A stretch of DNA of 64,000 bases from Daphnia carinata (lineage: Eukaryota). The notes below the pieces were generated by a model. The model ran no database searches. It was not told the DNA's origin and worked only from the letters and a program-made list of their open reading frames with translations. The position numbers and the translations under genes are program-made. The stretch is taken from the NCBI RefSeq assembly GCF_022539665.2, contig NC_081331.1, forward strand, positions 1,178,001 through 1,242,000, in the 5' to 3' direction. Shown here piece after piece: positions 53,201-64,000 of this stretch (position 1 is its first letter; each line of letters opens with the position of its first letter).

Positions 53201-54061
53201 TGAATACTGTGTAAGTGTTTAAATTATGTCATTGACTTTAAATGTATTCAACTTTCAACTAATTGGCGCTGGAAGGTAAACACTGTTTTGGTATAGCTAC
53301 CAGAGGAAACAGCTTGCGCAATCCTAGAGGTTGTTAGTTAAGGAAACATAGAAACAACTGCTAATTGCACCTTTTGACTTGGTGACTTTTTAGAGGTACA
53401 CGTAACAAGATTTTTATGAACGAAATCGATTCGCTCTTACCACCAACACATCTTGGGGTAGCATGAACCCAACAGTCTGTTTATTCATTCCGAGAATATT
53501 TGAATTATTTGATCACAAATGAATATATTGTGTTTTAGCATGAAAAACGACAAACTCCGTCTTAGGTTGTTTCATCGTTCTAATTCGTCGCAGTGTCTCG
53601 AATAACCGTTTTTAGCTTTAGAGTCATTGGCAATATAAGGTTACATGACCTTGTGTAGAAATACGGAATAAAACAATGTTGTATGGGCACACGCTTTGAG
53701 GCCACCAGATTCCATTCACTAAAAAAAAAAGAATGTTCGTGGGGATTCGGAGAAATACCTGATGAGATTTGATCATTTTAGCCTGTCTATGCCACATCGT
53801 TTTCTTCGGCCTCAACCTAAATTTACGTAATTTTCTAAATTTTATTTGAATCGGCTAAGACCTAAATCAATAACATCATTTTCCTGTGTTGCACCGGCAA
53901 ATGGGGAATGTAAGCCCGTAAGTAGTCGCATACAAACACGGAAAAAACAAAAAAAAACGGCAAAATATTTCCCCAATGCAAAATGTTGAGATGTAAATGT
54001 TTGCGACTAATTCAATTCATGGTTTCTTATGAAATGCAGGAGCAGAGATATAGTAAAAATC

Positions 54062-56510
54062 ATGTTGATGAGAAACCAAGAACTCAAAACTTCGGCTTGC
54101 TGCATTCTCATCTTCACTATCATCGTAGCTAATAGCGCAACCGGAGCTGCATTGGAAGGGCAAGTTGAAGATCGATCAACAGATGAGATGAAAGATTGGC
54201 GTCAGCCTTTACCGACAGTGAGTATTTCAGTTAATCATCGATGCGCATTAACCACCTATTATTTACCATGTAAACACCATTTAAAAATTCAAACATCTTG
54301 TGGTGAAGAACGCGGGCATGGCAGTTTTTTTGTTTTTGATTTTTTGCTTTATTGATTGCCATTCACAAAACATTTCAAAATATGGGGCTGCTTTTCATCA
54401 CTACAATTGGATGTGACTGTCATTGAGAATACGAATTGTTTATTTCGCAAAGTGGTAGAAGCGGGGATTAGGAGGAAGGTTGGGGCAACTCCTTTAGTAT
54501 TATTAATTACTAATTATTTCCACTTGCAGATTGTGTGGGATTAATCCCTTCATACTGTATATTAAGACCAATACCCGAATTACAGGCTAACACAAATTTA
54601 CCGTTGATTAGCTAGTGCAATATAGTACGCTGATATAAAACTACAATTTACATTAATTTAGTATCCGTTAAAAAACGTTTACAAATATCTGTTGTCGCCT
54701 TCCAGTTTACCAGCCATTTCATTGGACTTAATTCTACGTAGGTTTCCCGAAGACAATTGATCTGAGATATTAAAACTACTTGAAAAGAAGAAGAGAAACT
54801 GATGCCGTGTTTGCACGATTGTCGTACGTAAATAGAGAGAGAGAGCTGGTCCATAGCGTGCCATAAAATATTTTTATGGAAGTTAATTCCACACACACAA
54901 TTATCAACACAGTGGCTTTAATTACTATGCTATGAGGTAGTAGAGCGTATTCTTTTAACCAAACCTCTCTATCTGAATATTCAAATGAACCAAGGTGCTT
55001 TTAAAGAAAATAGCATGCATGCAACTCGTTTACATAGTAATATTCAAGAAACATAGCCTGCACTCACATAAGCCATTATTCAATATTCAGGCCTATAAAA
55101 GAAAACGAAGACTCTTGTAACTGAAATGCCAGAGATATAGTATAACGACTGATTCTTGAATTAGGGGACAAGCAACAAAGCTGTGTACAACAACAAACCG
55201 TTCTTCTAACCAATAAAAACAAAAGAAGTAACAACAATAGCTTGATGTTACTTGAATTAGAAAGTAGATAAAAGGCAGGAAACTGTATAAGGCTCATTGA
55301 GAACTAGTGAATCTTTTTTCTTTTGCTCTTTGTACAATATGAACTAGGAGAATGTTGTAGAGAGTTTATTCGGTACGGCGTTGTCTCAACACAGCATGTT
55401 ATTAAGAAAAACCCAAAAGCTTTACAAGTTAGAATTTTCTACCTTTGCTTTCCTATACATTTCAGATGGGAAGAGAAAGATCTGATTTTAGTTCCCATGC
55501 TTTACTCCACCACTTCTTTTTTTTGACACATTTTCTACATTGACTTGCCAGCTCGTTTTAACACAAAATATCACAATTTTATTTGTTTTTACGACAGGTT
55601 AAACGGTCAGTTGCTTTGCTTAACAAACTCGTGATGGTTGCTCAGCGTGCAAACAACTACAAGTCACGACATCAACAGCAATATCCGCTGAGTGTGCATC
55701 AATCGAGTCAATCAAAGGATTTTAATGAGATAACTCAACACCGAGAAGCCGACCAATTATCGAAACACTCAGCTGAAAGCACAAATGACGACCCGTTTAC
55801 CCAACAGAAGGCTTTTGCGCTGCCTCGCGTAAGTTGTTGTGCCGAATTTTTCTTTTTTTTTATACAGTGTCCGATCAGAGTATGGGACTGGTTGCTATAC
55901 GCATTAAATAGAACTTAGCGATAAGAAGATATTCTCAAGTTAAGATTGGGTCCGATTGGTTGCTCTCTTGGGAAACGCTAGAAAATGTTTCGGTTGAAGT
56001 TGTCCTCCGTAGTTTTTTTTTTTTTCAGAATCCCTTTAAACTTTGTGCCTCTATTTACGAAGTAAAAAGTTGTGCGCTGTTTTTCAGCCAACGTCAATAA
56101 CGGCTATTGGTATTCTCCGTACAAGTGGTTGGCGTATACAAAGCAGATTCCATATATGTATATATATATATACTCCTTTGGTAGGAAGTGGTAAAATCCA
56201 ATTGAAGCTCGTGTTTGCCTTCCGCTAACCAGCACAATTGCCTAGAAACTAATGGAAAGCTGGAATTGCTTTACTATGTAGAAAAAAAATATAAATTGTT
56301 GTGATGTAATTTATTTTGTGTCCCTAAACAGCAGAATTCAACAATGCCTTTTGTTTGTTAAAGAAAAATAGCACATTTATGACATAGCTAATGATGTAAA
56401 CTCAGTAACCTTGCATTTTTGGTACGCAGATGGCATTTGAACGGCGTGGGCAATCGTCACAGCGAGTCTTCTGGCGATGCTACTTCAACGCTGTTTCCTG
56501 CTTCCGCTAA
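54062..56510 (+). CDS. AstCC: Allatostatin-CC (double C) prepropeptide, 3 coding exons, 155 aa
   Basis: Exons 54062-54217 (signal peptide ...CCILIFTIIVANSATG), 55598-55828 (VKRSVALLNKLVMVAQRA...) and 56430-56510 (MAFERRGQSSQRVFWRCYFNAVSCFR*). All junctions are phase 0, GT-AG. Mature peptide GQSSQRVFWRCYFNAVSCF follows an RR site. Confidence 0.93.
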
Positions 56511-58490
56511 TATTTCTGCAAATAATAATTCCTGCTTCTATCTGAAAAAAACGCAAAATGCGAACAAAAACATATGATTAACAAAGACATACCTTCGACA
56601 AATAAACGTTACAAGTCCTGTTCCCCCCAAGGCCGGTATTGCGAACTGTTTACCTGTTGGCACCTTCATAACGTCCTTTTAGAACTATTTTCGTGATTTT
56701 TTGAAAACGGATGTACCAGCATAACAATTGTATTCCGACAAAAATACAGTTAAAAATAGCATACATTTATTCTGTTATTTCTTGTTTTACCATATTATTT
56801 CTCGTTAAAGACAGAATGCTTAATTGTACGATCTTGCAAAGGAGGTATAAGCTACAGAATCAAGCGCGTATCCCAGTGAATAGTTGGAAATAAATGCAGC
56901 GCCAAAAGCTATGCTGTTTTGTTTTGTACGTTTTTTTAAATACGGGTGAATGAGTAAAAAAAATAAAAAAAAGGATAGTGGTGTCCTAATTGGAATGGAT
57001 CAGGATAAAGAAAACGATCCCCGTCCGAACGCATAACCCACTCAAGATAGAAGCTGATACCATAGATGTTGAAAGAAATTTTAAAATCCCATCTCTCGCA
57101 TATTCAGTGTAAATCCGATTCCCAGTGATGCAGTCTGTTTTTATGCAATATTAGTGTCACAAATATTTATAAGTGATCCGCTCAGATAAAAGCGCATTGC
57201 TGTCATTATACATTAGTTTCACTGTCAAAAGTTTTTTCTTGTTAAACTACGTAAGAAAAGAAACTAAGATTGTAAAAAGCACTAAACGGCGTAAAATGGG
57301 ATTCCATATTTTTGTCTTTGACATTAGAACTGATTTTCACTGTGTAAAATATTTCACAAAAAAAGGGGAAAACAATTGTGCAAAGTTGCAGTGATCTCTT
57401 TTGACATAGTACTTATTCGTCACAATTCGATATTGCTATCTTCTTTAGCTATGCAAATACATATTTTGAGTGTATCTATATTACAACCTATGTGCGCGAT
57501 ATTTACACGCAAACAACTCTGTTATGGACACTTCAATTTTTTCCTCAGTGCGGTCTCTTTAAGTAGCTCATGTATAGTAGAGAAGGCTTTCTTCACGGAT
57601 TATGGCGAAATGTTTACGTCACTTCTGAGATATAATTATTTGTTCTCAGTGATGGTCATTTGGGATGTTAATATAGGTGGAAATACTCGTTTAGTATAGA
57701 GGTAAACAGTAGAGCAATAGAGCTGAAGTGATCTGTTTCATGTGTACAGCAGCAGTTTCAATGCGAGATTATGCTATGATGATTCCCAGGTATCCGCATT
57801 AAGGCAGAAAAAATTTAAGATTGAGTCAGTAATAGAGCACCTACCTCCTAAATGACAAGTCCCATTACGTTTTACGCTTCAACCCTGATGGATACATCGT
57901 GACGCAGTATAAGAGGGCGTTTAAACCCCCAGTACATATGCGTCAGAAAACGGATAAATTTAAGCCGTTCTCATTTACGCAAGCAGCAATTACCTTAAGC
58001 TGTTACCTCTGACATTCTACTAAACATCATTATCAGTCGAAATTTTCTTTGTTTCCATCATGAGGCTGCAAGAGCCGTGCGCGTCCAGCATCCAAGGCCC
58101 CCCATTGCACCCCAGTGTAGAATACAGACTTTATTTCCCCGCAAAATTATTGACAAATAAAAATGTTCTTGTTTTTTTATCCTGCTTCCTTTCAAGGATA
58201 AGGATACGGCTTAAGTTCTATTATTTTATATAGTTTATACTATTCATATGCCCAGTTGCTATCCCTTTGATGATTCAGGGTACAGGTAAAAGGTTTGATG
58301 ATTAATCTATACATTTTTTTTTAAATATTTCGAAGTACCTAAATCCTAACCCGTTGCCATGAATGAGTCCGAGCAATCAAGGAAAACATTGATTGCCTGC
58401 GCATTTAGGAAATGAGATCCATCTCTACCCGTATCGAAAATGACAACCATGTCAAGAGTAGACTGCGCGCCCACCAGCATCGTCTCTCCC

Positions 58491-58565
58491 TATATAAGTC
58501 GGTGTTGACGGGCCGATCGCCACAGACGGGCCAAGACTACTGCTGCGAAAAAAATCCCTTCAGCT
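58491..58565 (+). promoter_or_regulatory. Putative TATA box and non-coding first exon of AstCCC
   Basis: TATATAA at 58491-58497, GTAAGC donor at 58566, and a polypyrimidine/TTTAG acceptor at about 58846, just before the ATG at 58860. Confidence 0.5.
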
Positions 58566-58859
58566 GTAAGCACATAACACTTAAGAATTTTCTTTCCTTC
58601 TGGCTTGTGTTGTACGTACATTAGACGTTTATAGGCGCATTGAATTTGTCGTATTACTTTTAGTTATACCGTTCTTACTACTTCACAGAACATAGAGTGC
58701 ATCTATAACGGCCCTTTTTTAGTTGGTACGCAATCTTGTTTGATCGGTATTTAAACGGGATCCATAAGTGTGCTCGCGCTAATTTAAGATCCAATTGCAA
58801 TGCAATTTGGTCACTGCTAACCTTTTAACATTTTCCATAATTTTAGAGAGAGAAAAACG

Positions 58860-59315
58860 ATGACTTCGAAAATTTGTGCAATTGTTCCTGTAGCCATCGT
58901 ATTGTATTTAGTTGCCCTGGCAGCAGCAAAATCAACAGATCTAGATGATGCAGAGTTTATTGACTTCGGTGGAGACATTGAGGTTGTTGAATTTCTACAT
59001 TTGTTCTTGCATAATCTATTTTCACGTATTTGTTTTCTATGCTTAAAAAAAACTTGTAGTCAAAGGCGGCACCGGATGAAGGAAGCGTGGAAACAGCTTT
59101 ATTGAATTAGTAATGCATTTATACGCATCGAAGATGTGATATAATACGAATTTCATGCACGTTCTTCTGTCATAACGTATTTTATCTTCCACAGTCTCTT
59201 TGCAAAGCAGATCATGGCCCGCCTGCGCAGCAATCGAAACCCTCAAGAGTTGATGAAAAAGCGGTCCTATTGGAAGCAATGTGCATTCAACGCCGTCTCT
59301 TGTTTTGGCAAGTGA
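58860..59315 (+). CDS. AstCCC: Allatostatin-CCC ([23 protein letters not shown] allatostatin C) prepropeptide, 3 coding exons, 97 aa
   Basis: Exons 58860-58982 (signal [23 protein letters not shown]), 59060-59109 ([16 protein letters not shown]) and 59195-59315 ([40 protein letters not shown]). AATAAA at about 59486. Confidence 0.95.
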
Positions 59316-62300
59316 CGCCGAAAGAAATACGTTTTCAAGAACCGACGAAATACTATGTAAACCCTTCAAGCAGTGACAGCACATTATTGTTGTTTCACGC
59401 TCAACAGGGCTCATTCTTTTGGCATCAAATGTTGCAGTTTCAATTTATTTACATTTTCCTTTATGGCTACGTCCTCCATTATTGAAATAAACGAAAACAT
59501 GTACAGGCTAAATAATTTCCACTTATCAACATAGCCTCTCACCTGAAACTACTTGTACGATCTCTCCGTTATAAATACAAACATAGTTGTTTAGGTCTGA
59601 CTGGACGTCATTCATTCTCAAAGGTTGGTGTAATTTTTGTCCTGTAATTACGTCTGACTCCTCTACAATAGACGTACTACGTCAATGTCCAAAGAAACCA
59701 GGGAGTCTCAGTAACGTCATTGTTTAATTTTTTTAACGAGGACTATTATTTGCTTTTGACTGAATAAGTGGTAGTGCCACGACACAGATTTTTTTTTTGA
59801 CCACTATATTACCACGCAAAGCAAAAAGCCACATTTTTTTCCCCAATGGTTTCGAGAGTAGTATTTGGAAAGTGAGGCGTATTTTAGCTGGGGGTGGATT
59901 CTATCCTTGTAAATGGACTTGATTCTTTAAATCATTTCCGCTACGCCCACACTCCTTCATAACCAGCTATTACAGCAGGAATACACATTGTGATTTTCTC
60001 GTCATAGAAAATGTTCCTATTTTTTACAATTGCCCTTTAAAAAAGAAATCAGATAGCCCTTCTTATATAGGCCTCGGAACTGCCAAAATGGATTAGGTCT
60101 TTCTTATGTGTGTATAGGGTAGCATTTTATTCTTTCTTTATGCGTGGGATAATTCGTGGACAACTATACCATTCTTATGGAAATACCCAGAGCACGCAGA
60201 AGAAACGAAAGAAACTCTATACTTATACATACAATACCAAAGTATTACAGTACCAAAGTATGCCAAAGTATTTGGAAAGAAATGTTTCGCAGTCATCTTG
60301 CATAGTTGTCGCCTTCATTAACCTTTACAACTTTTGCAAAGCATTTTTAAGTTATTGCGTATTGAGGATCACGTTTAGATGAATATACGTCCTACTTCAA
60401 TTTATTCTCGGCTAATAGCAATGACGAGTATTCTTGCCAAGAAGAGACAGGATACGCCATCGAGCGCTGGGGCTTGCTAACTTTACTTTATACTGCTGCT
60501 CTTCATCGCTGGATGGCGAGCGTGAGTTTTGCCTCGTTCATCGGAGCAAAAAGAGAGATTTCAAACAATCAATTGAATTGTGTATAGGGTTAAGAGTATG
60601 CGTTTACTTGAAGTAAATACAGCGCTTTTACGGACCTTAAGTCAGTACATAAAACCGTAGAGATGGACGGTGTAGTCTACGACCTAGTGATGTTTGAAAA
60701 TAACTTTTTGTCGAATTTACTTCAGTAGATTATCTGTTTAGAACGAACGAAACGTGAACTCGTTCACAAAGTAAAAAGGTTTCACGTGACTTTGTATCAA
60801 TCATGTTAGACAAATTTGTGTACAGGTAACTATTCATGCAGGGAGCAATAAGCGCAATAAGAACTAAGCAAACTGGACTGAGACAGTTCTTTTGCATTTA
60901 TTATTTTTGTGCGCTTATCCAAAAATGAATGGTTTTGTTACCCGGCTACGTTATTGCTGCTTTGCATGTGTACACGCACCAATAATTGCAATACAAAAAA
61001 ATGGCAATTAAAGCTTTAAAAGAAATTTGTAAAAGGAAAGTAGACTTTTAAGCTCGCTCTATTTTGGGGTCTACAAAATGATCGGATAGGATTGTCGAAT
61101 GTATGGAGAACATTTCTTTCACTTTCCTATTCACGGAGATTTTGTAAAATACAATTATAAATCCATTTGGATCCGTCAAGAAATAGTCCGTTTTCAATCT
61201 TTCGTAAAGAACCATATCAGGCCAGGATGCTCCTCATCTCCGAGAATTAATGGAAGGGACGGGAAGAAATTCAGCGTTAAATTCCAAACTGCTTCTTAAC
61301 CCCAAAAGGAATTGAAGAGTAAAAATAACTGATGAGTATTGGTTGTACAGGTTCAACATGTTTGAATGGTAGAAAGTCTTGGATCCTAAAGTAGAAAATT
61401 AATACAGAACGAAATGCTGTTACTTCCATGGCAAGTTAAACGTACCAGATGAATTCGTTGATGAACCGGACGAGACCTTGGCGGTATGTCACGCTGTCAC
61501 GATGATCCTTACAGTCGACGAGTGGGTAAAAAAAATTCTACAGGGCATGAATACATGTGGATGGAAAACTAATAGCCGGATATTATTGGGTCATCTAAGG
61601 GCGGAAGGCATTATAATCTCTATTTTGAATCCAATAGAGTGACCTACAATTTACGTAGTTTTTAATGCACATTAATAAGTTAGACGGAGAGATATAAAGG
61701 CATTCTTCTGTTATACTTACGACTGTTGAACTTGTGGGAATGTTTTGGTTAAGCTGCTACCGGCATCAGCATTGAAAGCCACTTTCAGTGGTTATTGATT
61801 GGTAGTACAGCTGTAAAAGAAAGCCAATTACATAGGTAGATGTTGCATGAACTTTGCACTGACCTTGCTCCTGATGCGAAATCATTCTACTTAGGTGTCC
61901 GCACTAGAATTTGTTCGACTACCATGGCTGAAATCTGGCCAACCGGAACGAAATGAAAAAGATGTTGTTGAGAACAAACACATCATGTTCCTATATTAAG
62001 CAGCAGGTAAAAAAATCATTTATAGTTCAATACCAATCCCATAGAAATCGATCAATGGCTGATCAGATTAAGGGACTCGAGGTACGCCGGCCAGTGCCAT
62101 CAGCTAACAGAGCAGGTGTTGTGGTTTGGTTTTTACCTCACTCAATTAGTTTCTTTCGTTTTCTTGAAATTCGAGGTAGTTTCTCTAGAACGATATAATG
62201 TGAAACAAACACTATCGATACATTGTCAGCATTTTGTCAACTACCTAAAAAATAATTTCAGTTGTGCAGTTCAAAACACAAACTTGTCACGACGTAAGTT

Positions 62301-64000
62301 CGTTTTTTATTTGATCGACATATGTTGGCACAACTTTCATAGGAAATAAACTTGCCTTAAAACTTATACTCCTACAACTAGCGTTCCACTAATAAACGAA
62401 ACTATTATAGCTTAATGGCCATCCCAAGTCTTATCGACAAATTCCTATATGACAGAGACATTGTATTTAATTTAATTGTTTTATTGCAAATGGAAATATG
62501 GCGTCTGGATCGAATAAACGAATTTGGAATTGCAATCGTGAGCTCGAACGGCTCGCCCACGTTTACGGCGAAACGGTGGGCGTAACTTCATGATTGCCTA
62601 CGTGTCGTTGTAAAATTAAATGTAATACAAATGTTCTTAACTTCCCAAGTCCAAACAAAATAATGTCATCGTTATTTAACTGCCATGCTGGTGGCCTTAT
62701 CACAGCCACGACACGCCAAGAGGCACGCAGGCAATAAAATACAAATTTACATTCAAGAGGCTCTGTGACATTGATGATTCCTATATCGTACACAAAAACG
62801 ATAATGCGCTTTGTTTTGAATATATTACTTTACAGATGAGTGTCACACGGAACGAAAGAATCGAATTTCCCGGACAATATGTTTCCTGGGAATCCTATAC
62901 GCATAGCGATATTTAAAGGCTTTCTTGACCTTTACACTTCTTCCAGTTAACGAAAGAAGTTTGTTGTGCCAACTACCCCACAGTAATTAAAACGGTAATA
63001 AAATAAATAGGCCGAAAAAAGAGAGAAAATAAATTGCTAATGTTCTATAAATAATATTCTTCTAAGAACCTAGACCTTACGGTAGAAGTGGAACATTGTT
63101 AGTTGGCAGCGAAGCGCCAATGGATCTTGTAATTTTAAACAAGTTTCGTGACCAAAATGATCCTTTTTTCTCCGTGGGGCTTTTTAAATTCAGAACATCA
63201 AACAGAAATTGTGTGAAAGGAAATGGTAGCTCTAGATGGAAGGCATCTGCCAAATGCAGTTCTGTTCAATTATAGCCATTTAACCCCTCGTAGTTGCAGT
63301 AAAAAAAACAGTCCCTTCGGATTCTAAATCGCATTAGCTGATTTTTGCATCAGTAAATTCATTATTTGCCACTGAATTTAAAATGACCGCATGTGATAGG
63401 TGCTTCGTATTTCAACATCGAAGAGCAAAGATAGGAAGTATATACTATTGCTGGTTTTTGCTATTGTAAATTTTTTGGTTGGCTTTCCATTAGAGACATT
63501 GTCATTAGCCCGAAGGCTAGTTCGATTTGTCAAGCCAAAACACTGCTAATAATGTACTGTTTAGAATTGGCATTTAGGAAAGTTTTTGGAACGAGTAGCT
63601 ACGGGGTACATCTATAGTGCTTACGTATGTATTACATTGCAATAGCTAAAAAGGAAAAGTTAAGGCAGGAAGTTTTTGTAGAGGATAGGGGACGTCGTCA
63701 ATGCCCTACACCGACCAGTTGCTGTCAGATTGCTATGTTCGTCGAAATTAAGTACTGCGCATTTGAGAAATCATTGGAAAAGAAACACGATTCACAGTGC
63801 AATTTACATGATGAAGCGATCCGTAGAAGGATAGATGATTGAGAATTTTCAACGTAACCGGTAACAGACGCATCCATTGAGGCCAAATTTTACGGAAGAA
63901 TTACCTGTGCATGTCACCCTCTCCGTTCTATTTCTTTTTTCCATTAAAGTTCTGCTATAGGAATTACATATTTCAATCATCGAATTAAATTTGACAAGGT

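Noticed and set aside
47500..54000. Possible hidden gene or transposon remnant between SLC26 paralog B and AstCC, including a purine-rich tract near 52100-52250
   Set aside because: No transposase or RT motifs, terminal repeats or peptide precursor motifs seen. A donor near 52985 might mark an AstCC 5' UTR exon but is unsupported.
56571..58250. Three CATATG E-boxes (DIMMED-type) at 56571, 57935 and 58245 around the neuropeptide genes
   Set aside because: A 6-mer this AT-rich occurs often by chance, and the density is not clearly above background.
59800..64000. Short ORFs downstream of AstCCC, searched for a third allatostatin C gene
   Set aside because: No signal-peptide exon with a C-x-FN-x-x-SCF motif or any other recognisable coding motif was found by eye.

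Overview
This is eukaryotic, AT-rich genomic DNA with compact introns (many about 60-90 bp). It is almost certainly from a Daphnia-type branchiopod crustacean, inferred from the allatostatin peptide sequences and intron sizes. The first 26.5 kb is gene-dense: the 3' part of LZTR1, two paralogous small four-TM genes, a fatty acyl-CoA reductase, a ~1.5 kb direct/inverted repeat array, Raptor, a divergently transcribed candidate REDIC1/HEIP1 (C12orf40)-like meiotic gene, SMG5 and KLHL18. About 9 kb follows with no credible coding sequence, then two tandem SLC26A11-like anion transporters. At 54-59 kb is a tandem allatostatin-CC / allatostatin-CCC neuropeptide pair whose mature-peptide exons are missing from the ORF track. 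No rRNA, tRNA, CRISPR array or autonomous transposon was recognised. All gene models were spliced by eye, and family assignments rest on recalled motifs, not database searches. I did not find a demonstrably new biological system. The best leads are the REDIC1/HEIP1-like gene, the palindromic repeat array and the SMG5 PIN acidic residues.
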